A stretch of DNA of 63,635 nt, filler included, from Octopus bimaculoides (taxonomy: Eukaryota): assembly GCF_001194135.2 (NCBI RefSeq). It is 4 parts of 4 records of this genome, joined end to end, with 100 filler letters (N's around TTAATTAATTAA, not from the genome) between each part and the next. Parts side by side here need not be neighbours in the genome. Positions count along the whole stretch, not along the records: positions 1 to 16,854 come from NC_068993.1; positions 16,955 to 25,789 come from NC_068990.1; 2 more parts are not named here. One strand, written 5' to 3'. A program made the translations under genes and the position numbers. This document shows, piece after piece, positions 12,811 to 24,680 of the stretch. The first letter of the stretch is position 1; the number at the start of each line of letters is the position of its first letter. Under the pieces are notes generated by a model that was not told the origin of the DNA, did no database searches, and was given only the letters and a program-made list of their open reading frames with translations.

Positions 12811-13499
12811 CTCTACGCGTAAACAAATTATTTGCATGTGTTAGTGTTTATGTGTATACGTGTTCACATGAATGAGTGTGAAGATGTGTGTGTATTTGTG
12901 TGAATGTGCTTATGTGTGTATATGTGTGGGTGTATAGCAGCATCTATATTTATGTATGTTCCAGAGTGCATAGGTGTCTCTATATGTTTGTCTGCAAGTG
13001 TGTATGAGCATATTAGTGTGTACACGTGTGTATATGTATATGTGAATTTATTATATGTGTGACACAACATGTCATATCAATTCAGCTGAATGTTTCATTA
13101 ACCATATATGTGTCATTGGAATACTCAACCACCTAAATCATAAATCAATAAGGCAGCTGGTCAGTTGATGGAACTACTAAATACTTACTATGAAAAATGA
13201 TGGAGGATGCAATTACTTTCCTGCCACATTATTCCACAACCCAAAAGCTATAAAAATTTTTTGCCTTGGAATTTAGATGCTTTAAAGTTGAAGGAATCTT
13301 CTTGATAAGTCTTCAACTCACATTTGATTTTCAAGTACAACAAATTAATTTTTTCATTTGCCTTAGTGGTAGGTCATAAATAGTCTAATCTCTGAAAAAA
13401 TATAATAAAGATGAATCTATCATTATTTATTTGAGAGCCTTCACTGAGGAGATTAAGACAGTGTGAAAACTATCCTGAAACTCTCTTAATTAAACAAAA

Positions 13500-13830
13500 A
13501 TATTTAGAAATCCTCTTACAGATCTGTTTCAGGGATAATAGTCAGAGAAGATGTACCATTATTCTTCAGCTACCAAGGGAACTTTAAACCCAAATCAGTA
13601 TATACAGTAGTAGCTTATCAATCCAGCTGTTAAAGTCATACTTTGATAAGCTACTGCTATATAATGATTTAGATTATGTTTTCTGGGTATGTAAAGAATA
13701 AAGCAACATTTCTTCTGATGGGAGACAACTATCCTGGAAACAGATCTGCTGTTTCTTCAAACAAATAACAGGATGGTTTTCACATCATCTGCAATCTCCT
13801 CAGTTGAGGTTTTCAAATAAATAGCTGTAA
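13500..13830 (+). mobile_element. Possible very old Tc1-like transposase remnant
   Basis: KGTLNPNQYIQ and QSPQL segments resemble Tc1 GTLN..KYI and QSPDL motifs; heavily mutated. Confidence 0.3.
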
Positions 13831-14987
13831 AGTTATCTACATTATACTTGTTCCAGATATCTAGAATTAAGCTGTGTTCTATACAAATATATATTGTGCT
13901 CTGCATTTTATCATCTTGCCCATATTCAACTTATGTAACTAAAAGTTTCCAAACAAACTAAAAGAGAAACCTTTCCAAAACATATACCTTTTTCATGCAT
14001 GTACACTAACATGGATGGAATAAGAGATTTTGTTGGAACAGAAATCTCTTCCTACTGCAAATATTTGAACTATGAATTTGTAAGACAGGAACATACTATT
14101 ACCTTGGTGGATTCTGACAAGCACAACGTAAGATATGAACCCATGACCACGTGATCAGTAGTCCAGCTCCTAATCATAATCATACAGTCATTGTACCTCT
14201 TAACATCAAGGTAGCTATGTCCAGACCAATATGTAAAATACATACACACAGATCCCTCGGTTAATACTCATCGCCAGAATATTAACTTTGTACTTAACTA
14301 TTCACTAACTCATGACATAGTGTGATTACACACATTTTTCAACTATGTAAAATCTAGTGATATCCACCCATAGAGTGGATATCACTAAATAATGTCGAGT
14401 GAATCTGATCTTATTTTTGTTGCCTGTGTGTATCAAACTTACTGTTACACAGATGCTATACAAATGTTGCTGGATGTTTTCTTACTGTAAGGATGTTGTG
14501 ATGTTTGGAGCTGTATAAGTAAAATTATGACTCTAACAATGTTGTGATAACTTTATAACTGCATTGGTTAATGTGTTTAATGTTGTTGCATCTGAAGTGA
14601 TATGGTGATGGTAGGTGAAGTTGTATCAGTATGTGACATGGTTGATGAGGCATTGTAATGACATCTATAACCATGAGGTATCATAGCTGAGATACTGTGG
14701 TGACATCTATAGTGGGGTGGGGGAGTATGATGGGCGGGGGATTATGGTGAGTGAGGCATAAATGTCACACTCAGTGACAATTATATATATATATATATNN
14801 NNNNNNNNNNNNNNNNNNNNNNNNNNNNNNNNNNNNNNNNNNNNNNNNNNNNNNNNNNNNNNNNNNNNNNNNNNNNNNNNNNNNNNNNNNNNNNNNNNNN
14901 NNNNNNNNNNNNNNNNNNNNNNNNNNNNNNNNNNNNNNNNNNNNNNNNNNNNNNNNNNNNNNNNNNNNNNNNNNNNNNNNNNNNNNN

Positions 14988-15027
<40 letters not shown>

Positions 15028-15067
15028 TATAATATATATATGTATTATGTGTGTATATAATATATAT

Positions 15068-15128
15068 ACACTGAGCCCAGAACCATGTGATTAGGAAGCA
15101 AGTTTCTTACCACACAGCCACACCTGTG
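15068..15128 (-). mobile_element. Family A SINE head fragment
   Basis: ctgagcccagaaccatgtgattaggaagcaagtttcttaccacacagcca. Confidence 0.7.
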
Positions 15129-15130
15129 CC

Positions 15131-15705
15131 TCATCATCATCATCGTCATCGTTTAATGTCTGCTTTCCATGCTGGCATGGGTTGGACGCTTTGACTGAGA
15201 TGTGGCAAGCCAGAAGGCTGCACTGGCCTCCAATCTGGTCTGGCAAAGTTTCTACAGCTGGATGTCCTTCCTAACACCAACCACTCCGAGAATGTAGTGG
15301 GTGCTTATATGTGCCACAGGCACAAGGGCCAGTCAGGCTGTACTGATATTGACCACGCTTGAATGGTGCTTTTTATGTGCCACCAGCAGATGACCAGTCA
15401 GGAACCACGCTCGAATGGTGCTTTTTAAGTGCTACCGGCATGGGTGCCAATCAGGCAGTACTGTCATCGGCCATGACAATGACTTCACTTGACTCAACAG
15501 CTCTTTGCATGCGCAGTTTATTGCCCAATAATTGAAGGGTGCTCTTAGATGAGCCAGTTATGCTCTAGTGGCATAGGCCACAGTTACGGTCTTACTTGAC
15601 TTACTGGGTCTTCTCAAGCACAGCATATCTCCAAAGGTCTCGGTCACTTGTGCTTCACCACCTCATCCCAGGTCTTCCTGAGTCTACCTCTTCCACTGGT
15701 TCTCT
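15131..15705 (-). mobile_element. RTE-tail retroposon with internal tandem units plus RTE C-terminal coding remnant
   Basis: Same family as 9706 and 16417; 15600-15700 reads SGRGRLRKTWDEVVKH on the minus strand. Confidence 0.85.
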
Positions 15706-15709
15706 CTAT

Positions 15710-15789
<80 letters not shown>

Positions 15790-15877
15790 ACATAGGGGAA
15801 AATTAATAATTAATAATTTCACCAAGTAGTTCGGTATGTTAAAAGAACCATTATCAGTAAACTTATAAAAAAATTTT

Positions 15878-16122
15878 ATAATTATAAGCATAATTATAAT
15901 TAGGGTTCAGCAAAACTGCTTCACCACATACTGAAATTTAGAAATAGCAGTTAAATACTATTCCACTACCATAATATATCTCCCAGATAGCAATACTCCC
16001 AAGTCACCCAGGCAAAGAGAAAATTTTATGGTAGTGGAATAGTATTTAACTGGTATTTCTAAATTTCGGTATGTGGTGAAGCAATTTTGCCGAACTCTAA
16101 TTATAGTTATGCTTATAATTAT
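15878..16122. repeat. 97-bp-arm inverted repeat with 51-bp spacer
   Basis: Arms 15878-15974 and 16026-16122; 6 mismatches by hand alignment. Confidence 0.95.
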
Positions 16123-16320
16123 TAAACTTTTGTATATTTACGTATTATACATTTACGTATATATTTACGTATATATACATATATATATAATACATACATA
16201 TATATATATATATAAAAGTTAAATAATGAGGGTAGAAATTAATATTAATTAATTAATATCAATTTAAACCAGTGGCCTAGCATACTTAAAAATCCCCAAA
16301 GATTAAGAATTATATTACAT

Positions 16321-16368
16321 ACATATATAAGAGGAATCCACCCTGGTGGTTATTCCTCTTATATATGT
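16321..16368. repeat. Short hairpin/palindrome (17-bp perfect arms plus CCACC/GGTGG)
   Basis: acatatataagaggaat-ccacc-ct-ggtgg-tt-attcctcttatatatgt. Confidence 0.85.
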
Positions 16369-16416
16369 GTATATTGGACACTAAACTCTGCTTCTAAAGA
16401 CCTGTTGAACCAAATT

Positions 16417-16854
16417 CGATGACTAGCACCCGTGCCAGTAGAGCGCTAACAGCACCATCCGAGCAAGATCATTGCCAGAGCAGCTGTCTGGCTTCCATGC
16501 CAGTGGCATGTAAAAAGCACCATTTGAGCGTGATCATTACCAACGTCGCCTTACTGGCATGTGAAAAATCATTCGAGCGAGGTCGTTGCCAGTGCTGCAG
16601 GACTGGCTCTTGTGCAGGTGGGATGTAAAAAACACTATTTGAGCGTGGCTGTTGCCAGTACCGCCTGACTGGCCCTCGTGCTGGTGGCATGTAAAAGCAC
16701 CCACCACACTCTCAGAGTGGTTGGCATTAGAAAGGGCATCCAGCTGTAGAAATTCTGCCAGATCAGATTGGAGCCTGGTGCAGCCATCTGGTTTGCCAGT
16801 CCTCAGTCAAATCATCCAACCCATGCTAGCATGGAAAGCAGACGTTAAACGATG
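16417..16854 (+). mobile_element. RTE-tail retroposon with 4-5 internal ~60-bp tandem units
   Basis: Repeated ggcatgtaaaaagcaccatttgagcgtgatc.ttgccagt units; 3' ccatgctagcatggaaagcagacgttaaacgatg. Confidence 0.9.
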
Positions 16855-16898
16855 NNNNNNNNNNNNNNNNNNNNNNNNNNNNNNNNNNNNNNNNNNNN

Positions 16899-16910
16899 TT
16901 AATTAATTAA
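16899..16910. other. Assembly gap linker TTAATTAATTAA (also 25834-25845 and 57312-57323)
   Basis: Same 12-mer with stops in all six frames centred in ~100-bp N gaps; artefact. Confidence 0.95.
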
Positions 16911-16966
16911 NNNNNNNNNNNNNNNNNNNNNNNNNNNNNNNNNNNNNNNNNNNNATATATGTATGT

Positions 16967-17024
<58 letters not shown>

Positions 17025-17096
17025 CTACTTGTATGTATACGTGTGTGTGTGTAGACGCATGACACACACTGCTACCATCCTATGATTCATCCTCAC

Positions 17097-17229
17097 AAGT
17101 TCCGCAAATCAATGTCATGTTTGTACTTTAATCCCAGTTAAAAGCTGATATCAAAACAATCGCAGCACTTTCCCCCTCAACCCTTTATCTATTATCGGAA
17201 ATCGATCGTCGGCAGGATTCGATTTCCTC
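17097..17229 (-). other. Candidate spliced exon of an unidentified minus-strand gene
   Basis: Acceptor ttacctttcccgtttctctgttgtgctttgcAG|G; donor T|GTGAGG at 17096; non-repeat, CpG-retaining sequence; possible ATG at 17118 (MTLICGT, phase 1). Confidence 0.3.
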
Positions 17230-17393
17230 CTGCAAAGCACAACAGAGAAACGGGAAAGGTAACGCAAACACATGCTGCCACAACAGGGAATTACTGACAG
17301 AATACCTCTGATTCATACAGATTTATCGACTAAACTCTTTCAAGCTCTTTCTTTCCATCTCTCTTTGTCCCTTCCTTTCTCTCTCTCTCTCTC

Positions 17394-17464
<71 letters not shown>

Positions 17465-17619
17465 GCGCGTGTGTGTGTATGTGTCAATCGTTCTATTTAT
17501 ATGTATCTGTCTCGTTCTTTTTCTTAGATTATGTACATGTAAAAATATATATGTGTGTGTGTGAGTGTATATATTTACTATGTATGTTTATATCTATATA
17601 TGTAAACATGAATGCATGC

Positions 17620-17778
17620 ATTTATACTTTCAGTTACCGTCTACCAAATTCACTCACAACGACTTTGGTCGGCCCGAGAGTATAGTATAAGACATTTGCC
17701 CAAGGTTCCATGCAGTGGGACTGAACCCGGAACCATGTGGTTGGTAAGCAAGCTCCTTACCACACAGCCACTCCTGTG
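17620..17778 (-). mobile_element. Family A SINE head/core, most CpGs retained
   Basis: Reverse complement matches the 11521 copy; keeps ccggg, ctcgggccgac, gacgg. Confidence 0.85.
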
Positions 17779-19076
17779 CCTATCTGGTCAAAAACTTTTG
17801 CTTTTGATGTATGTATTGCAAGAAACAGCTAAGTTCCTTTCACTAACGTTTTACATCGTTCAACTCACTCAAATGAATGCGTGAAAATCAAAATAGGACT
17901 TTTCAAAGATGTTTCTATAAAATTATTTTTGAAACATCGAAAGACTATGGGAATCCAGCAGAATAAAATAGTAACCAAAAGGGAATATAGATTTTTTTAA
18001 ATGGTTGAGAACCCTTGATATAGACAGTCATCGCCGACCACTGACGGATTGCCAATGATGTATAGTGGAAAGTGTTAATTTAAAAACAAATATTTAGCAG
18101 ACGCAGTTGCGNNNNNNNNNNNNNNNNNNNNNNNNNNNNNNNNNNNNNNNNNNNNNNNNNNNNNNNNNNNNNNNNNNNNNNNNNNNNNNNNNNNNNNNNN
18201 NNNNNNNNNNNNNNNNNNNNNNNNNNNNNNNNNNNNNNNNNNNNNNNNNNNNNNNNNNNNNNNNNNNNNNNNNNNNNNNNNNNNNNNNNNNNNNNNNNNN
18301 NNNNNNNNNNNNNNNNNNNNNNNNNNNNNNNNNNNNNNNNNNNNNNNNNNNNNNNNNNNNNNNNNNNNNNNNNNNNNNNNNNNNNNNNNNNNNNNNNNNN
18401 NNNNNNNNNNNNNNNNNNNNNNNNNNNNNNNNNNNNNNNNNNNNNNNNNNNNNNNNNNNNNNNNNNNNNNNNNNNNNNNTATACACATACATATACGCGT
18501 CTTTACTTCATGTAAATATAAACGCACTTCCACACACATACGCCCACACATGTATACATATACAAGTGCATACAAACAAAAATATATGAATAAAATAATT
18601 GCATAAACACGTATACACACGCGTACACGCGCGCACACGGCCGCACACGCCTCCAAAACTTCATTACACTTCATTACAGCGTGTTTACAAAGTCCTATTG
18701 CTGTGCTGTACAAGCCTGATCATTTGATCGTTTAGTAATTAGTAAATATACGATAGATTGACCAATATTCAATAAATCAATCTAGTATATAAATGACTAA
18801 TTCGTGTGTAGTTGTCAGGTCTTTCAAGTACTTTTAATGGATATTATTGGAGAGACACAGCTCTAATGTATTTATTTAATGTTCCTGGCAGGTATAATGT
18901 GATTTAACGATATCTGTCTACACCTGTTTCTGATGTACAATATTAAGGTATGCAGGTAGGTAGGTAGACAAGGAAAAAGAGACGGGAAAAGGGTAGGTTG
19001 ATTGCCTGGCAGGTAAGGATGTTACATTGTTAGAGAGACAGGGTAAATGAATAGACTGTCATACAACCAGGTAGAT

Positions 19077-19113
<37 letters not shown>

Positions 19114-19481
19114 NNNNNNNNNNNNNNNNNNNNNNNNNNNNNNNNNNNNNNNNNNNNNNNNNNNNNNNNNNNNNNNNNNNNNNNNNNNNNNNNNNNNNNN
19201 NNNNNNNNNNNNNNNNNNNNNNNNNNNNNNNNNNNNNNNNNNNNNNNNNNNNNNNNNNNNNNNNNNNNNNNNNNNNNNNNNNNNNNNNNNNNNNNNNNNN
19301 NNNNNNNNNNNNNNNNNNNNNNNNNNNNNNNNNNNNNNNNNNNNNNNNNNNNNNNNNNNNNNNNNNNNNNNNNNNNNNNNNNNNNNNNNNNNNNNNNNNN
19401 NNNNNNNNNNNNNNNNNNNNNNNNNNNNNNNNNNNNNNNNNNNNNNNNNNNNNNNNNNNNNNNNNNNNNNNNNNNNNNNNN

Positions 19482-19513
<32 letters not shown>

Positions 19514-20310
19514 TTTCGTTTCAGTCATAAGCATTAAAATTACCTTATATTAATTTGGAAGTAATGAAAATTCTTTATAAATAAAGTTATTTAAGTCCAC
19601 ATAACTGGAAAACTTCAAATGGGATATAGGGTTCGGCAATATGCGATGTTGACCGACAAAGTAGCAAACCTTGCAGTTGAATAAGCTACCAGAACCGACC
19701 GAATAGTGCTTTTTTGTTTAGAATTTGATCTATAAAATTTGATGTGTAAAATTCATAAAAATAATAGGAAGAACTTGCCAAAATATCATTCAATTATGCT
19801 TACTGATAGAAAACAACTCATAATTTGAAATGTTGATACTAACATTCTTTCCTCATGAAATGGAATTAAAAAATAAACGTGTCAAATCAAATGAGTCACG
19901 CAGAAGTCGAAAAGTAGCGCTCATTTGTTTGTTTTATATAAGAAACTGTTAGCTAAAGTTTTAGATATCTGTCACCCATATTTCCACGTTCAATTACCAA
20001 TCAATTTGTCGTTTTCTGTCAACTGAATTTCGTTGTGAGAAAATATTGAACACAGTTGATTGATCGCCAATTACTGCCATTTATTCGTTAAAGTTAATAT
20101 TTTATTTCATTTTCCCTTATTCAAAATAATTGCCTCGTCTTCTTACTCTTTTGAGTCAGTTTATTTATTATTTATTCATTAAACAGGATAACATGTCTGG
20201 ATGCACGTGTTCGAGAACAGTTCATTCTAGAATGATATCGATGTTTACTGCAATCACATATGTTCTTTCATGAAATTGCTTAGAAAGCTTAATGCAATTA
20301 ATACTCTGAT

Positions 20311-20366
20311 ACTGATTGGGCGAACATGGCGGCTGTTCGCACGTGATTCACAGAATGATAGCCAAT
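20311..20366. promoter_or_regulatory. Promoter-like cluster: inverted CCAAT, YY1-like AACATGGCGGC, E-box CACGTG, CCAAT
   Basis: ctgattgg 20312-20319; aacatggcggc 20323-20333; cacgtg 20340-20345; ccaat 20362-20366; non-repeat, CpG-rich context. Confidence 0.4.
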
Positions 20367-21772
20367 AAGCGCTATTGAAATCGTATTTTCCATCAAGATT
20401 TTGATTAAAAAAGGGCAAATCTCACTTTGAAACTAACGATTATGTTATGAAAGTTAACTGATATACCCGCTGTGACATCTTTTACCTAGGTGCAAAATTT
20501 CAGCGTGATTAGTTGAAAAATATGGCCGTTATAATCTTTTACACACACACAGAACGGGGTTTATATATTATGTATATATATATATGTGTGTGTNNNNNNN
20601 NNNNNNNNNNNNNNNNNNNNNNNNNNNNNNNNNNNNNNNNNNNNNNNNNNNNNNNNNNNNNNNNNNNNNNNNNNNNNNNNNNNNNNNNNNNNNNNNNNNN
20701 NNNNNNNNNNNNNNNNNNNNNNNNNNNNNNNNNNNNNNNNNNNNNNNNNNNNNNNNNNNNNNNNNNNNNNNNNNNNNNNNNNNNNNNNNNNNNNNNNNNN
20801 NNNNNNNNNATTATACTTGGAACACCCAATATAGGGGTTCCAAACATCCACAACGGTGAAATGTACACAGGGAACAAATATTCTAAACTAATGTTTATCT
20901 GTCATAATTTCTAATATATGTGGGTGTATGGATGGATGGATGGATGGATGAATGGTGGGATTGCTCTATCAATCGATAGATTGAGAGATCGATAGAAAGG
21001 AAGAGAGAGAAAGAGAAAGAGAGAGAGAAAGAGAAAGAGAGAGAGAGAAAGAGAAAGAGAGAGAGAGAAAGAGAAAGAGAGAGAGAGAAAGTCATTATGT
21101 AGGCAAGCAGAGCAACAGATCGACAACCAGATAGACATGTACGGCAGAAAAGGTAGATAGAGAGTATAGCAGAAACACGTGACATTGCTTGATAGAAAAA
21201 TATTTAGATAGGCAGGTACAGCCACACAGACGCTCAGGTAGACTGAAAGAAATGTGGGTATTTAGACAAACATGCAGATAGACAGAGGATAAAGTTAGTC
21301 ACACAGGAAGGACGTCAGATATCTTGACTGACAAATAGACAAACTGGTTGAAGATTTAAACAATTAGATAGAAAGGAAGTGAGACAGGTTGAGAGACTGA
21401 TGGAGGAGGAGACAGTGAGATATATAGACATATATAGACATATATAGTCAAACAAATGTATTAGCAGATTATTATTGCTCTATTCATAAATATTTTACTA
21501 GTTGCCAAATGAATGAATTTCATGTCGTTATTATCGTTGGTGGTGGCGATTAGTTACAGATCAACCATCATTTTCCGGCCTCTTTATATATAAAACACAA
21601 TGTTTTTCTTTTTTAAGGCGAAGTGATTTACAAGATTTGAATGCTATTTCTAGAGGTTCACTCGTTCACTGAAGAAGCCCCTTGCAGTTAACACCATATG
21701 TACCTCTCTTACAATTTAGTTATTGCTAAATGAGGTCCCAATTATCACTAAACATACGGTGTTTTTCCTGAA

Positions 21773-21818
<46 letters not shown>

Positions 21819-21819
21819 C

Positions 21820-22060
21820 TTTCTTAACTTTCCTGTACTTTCTGTTCTACCCTTCTGTCCGGCATTCGCCATGATAGATCGCTAACCACAACACACATTT
21901 TTTTTCTCTCCTTGTTTCCTTCTGTATTCCTTTCTGCGGAAGAGCGTTGGCTCGAAACGTTAAAGACTTTTTCAATTCCCGAGCGTTATACTAATACATC
22001 TGTTGTTTTCTACACCACCTGTCTTCGTCTTTTGTTTTTTTGTTTTTTTTGTGAATTCTC
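21820..22060 (+). mobile_element. Non-autonomous repeat (Penelope terminal-repeat-like) carrying a hammerhead-like motif, family H2
   Basis: Homologous to the minus-strand copy at 60540-60770. Confidence 0.7.
21930..21965 (+). ncRNA. Minimal type I hammerhead-like motif with A6C core
   Basis: cttt CTGCGGA a gagc-gttg-gctc GAAA cGTT aaag: stems I and II pair; palindromic AACGTT stem III. Confidence 0.55.
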
Positions 22061-22619
22061 CCTATACATATATTATATATATATATATATNNNNNNNNNN
22101 NNNNNNNNNNNNNNNNNNNNNNNNNNNNNNNNNNNNNNNNNNNNNNNNNNNNNNNNNNNNNNNNNNNNNNNNNNNNNNNNNNNNNNNNNNNNNNNNNNNN
22201 NNNNNNNNNNNNNNNNNNNNNNNNNNNNNNNNNNNNNNNNNNNNNNNNNNNNNNNNNNNNNNNNNNNNNNNNNNNNNNNNNNNNNNNNNNNNNNNNNNNN
22301 NNNNNNNNNNNNNNNNNNNNNNNNNNNNNNNNNNNNNNNNNNNNNNNNNNNNNNNNNNNNNNNNNNNNNNNNNNNNNNNNNNNNNNNNNNNNNNNNNNNN
22401 NNNNNNNNNNNNNNNNNNNNNNNNNNNNNNNNNNNATATATATATATATATATATAAGTTACATTCCAGAAGTTTTGAGGTATTTTTAGGAGAGACAGCT
22501 GTAACTGTGCTACATTATGGTAATTTAAGTCTATCATTAATATACATCTAATACGCTGACCTGTCAATTATTGTTATCCTAGACTGAATGAGACGAGCTG
22601 TAACTGCACTTTTAATACA

Positions 22620-23290
22620 CCTTACTAAATATGGTTTGTCACACCTGACTAGTTTGTTGAAGGTAGACGGGAGGTGAAGACAATTTGGAAGCTTTGTGTT
22701 AAACTGGGCCAAAATGCTACAGAGACTTATGAAATCAGAGGCTGACTGATCCGTCTGTCAATTGGACACTGCCGGGGAGGGGGGAAGAGCTCTGAGGAGC
22801 CCGTACTCTACATGTTAACTCTACTAAATCAATGCTAACGGGCCCGGTAAGCAACTATGCCCGAGAGTCCTTAATATTTTCAGTCCGACTTTGTATGAAA
22901 TGCCCCACACTACTGACAGGTTAAGTTGTATGAGCCGAACATCTGTTTTTCGTTGACTAAAGTGGCTAGGCAATGCAAATCCTCTGAGAAGCTTGTGACG
23001 ATCTCCTTTTCGACAGCAAGGGAATCATTCACATTCAGTGGGTTCCATTTGGCCAGCCAGACGGTTAACAAAGAGTACTTTGTGGAGATTATGGGGGACC
23101 GAGAAGAGACTTCGTCGCAAAAGGCCAGAGCTGTTCCACTCGGGTCGGTAGCACCTGTCCATAATTCCATTCTGGTGACCAACTACTTGACAGAGATGCA
23201 CATCAAAGCTCTATGACCCACGCTACCGTTCAGACCTTGCATCCTGTGACACTAGATTGATCCCCAAGATGGAGAACTGCAGAATCATTT
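22620..23290 (+). mobile_element. mariner transposase remnant, internally deleted
   Basis: LCVKLGQNATETYE, QTVNKEYFVEIM, SDLASCD..LIPKME (SPDLAPCDF-like). Confidence 0.75.
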
Positions 23291-23306
23291 TTGAAAGTCA
23301 CACATA

Positions 23307-23451
23307 CGCAGGACTGACTGTGTGGTAAGAAGCTTGCTTCCCAGGCACATGGTTCCGGTGGCACCTCGGGTAAGTGTCTTCTACTATAGCCTCAGGCCGA
23401 CCAAAGCCTTGTGGGTGGATTTGGTAGACGGAAACTGAAAGAAGCCCATCG

Positions 23452-23483
<32 letters not shown>

Positions 23484-23715
23484 TGTATGTGTGTGTGTGT
23501 GTATATATATTTGTGCCTGTGTTCGTCTCAGCACCATCGCTTTGACCGCCTATGTTGGTGTGTTTACGTCCCCGTAACCTAGTGGTTCGGCAAAAGAGAG
23601 ACGATGGAATATGTACTAGGCTTACAAAGAATAAGTCCTGGGGTTTATTTTCTCGACTAGAAGGTGGTGCTGCAGCTTGACCGCAGTCAAATGACGATAC
23701 AAAGGAAAAAATAAA
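23307..23715 (+). mobile_element. Family A SINE, near full length
   Basis: Head, core, (ATGT)n spacer, 3' body to gcagtcaaatgac...aaaggaaaa. Confidence 0.9.
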
Positions 23716-23859
23716 AGAATACGCACATACATGCATACATACATACATACATACATATATACGTGCGTACATACTTACACACATACATATATACATACGT
23801 ACATACTTAGACACATACATATAGGCATGCATATAAACATACACACACATATACATGCA

Positions 23860-23905
<46 letters not shown>

Positions 23906-24429
23906 GTTTCAATGCAGGAAATAATCAGTGGAGCATTCCTCTGAAAGCACCACACCACCCAAGAGAACACAAGAGAACACGTATAGATATTTGAGACAGG
24001 AAACAGAAACGCTGTGAAGTTATAGACGTCAGCTGCCCACCAGATGTGAGCATTTCACAGCAAATTACGAAGATACATTTGATCCTGTAACCACTGGTGA
24101 ACCTGGATATATTACCAAATGTCTACGTAATAATCGGAAAAACAAAATGTTGCTTTTCAGAGAAAGAAAAACGCTAACTAGCATGTAATTAACAAAGTCA
24201 ATCTGTAAGTGGAACACGAAAAATATGCAAGTCTTATCTGAAATTTAATATATATCACTTCGCTGTTGTTTACGTCGAATTCCATCAATGCATCGTATTT
24301 TTATGCTTATGAAGCAACTCTTTCGGTATGGGAAAAGTTCAATGAATTATAACAGGAAAGAGCCAGTTAAACATCAATATGTGTGTGTGTGTTATGTATA
24401 TATGTATGCATGTATGTATGTATGTATGT

Positions 24430-24680
24430 GTATCTAAGTGTGTGTGTCTTTGTGTCTGCGTTTGTCCCCGACGACCGCTTGACAACCGATATCGGTATGT
24501 TTATGTCGTCCCCGTCTGATAGCGGTTCGGCAAAATTGGGCTAATATCATAAGTACCAGGCTTAAAAAAAAAAAAAAAAAACAAGAGCAGGGGGTAAATT
24601 CATTCGAGTAAAATTCTACGAGGTGGTGCTCCAGTTTTGCCGCAATCTAATAACTGAGCCAAATACAAGATTAAAAAGAA
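24430..24680 (+). mobile_element. Family A SINE 3' half
   Basis: gtttgtccccgacgaccgcttgacaaccg...ggtgctccag. Confidence 0.75.

Noticed and set aside
16417-16720. CRISPR-like repeat array
   Set aside because: Degenerate tandem units without unique spacers, inside a eukaryotic retroposon; no cas genes
16899-16910. TTAATTAATTAA palindrome recurring three times
   Set aside because: Always centred in ~100-bp N gaps; six-frame-stop scaffolding linker
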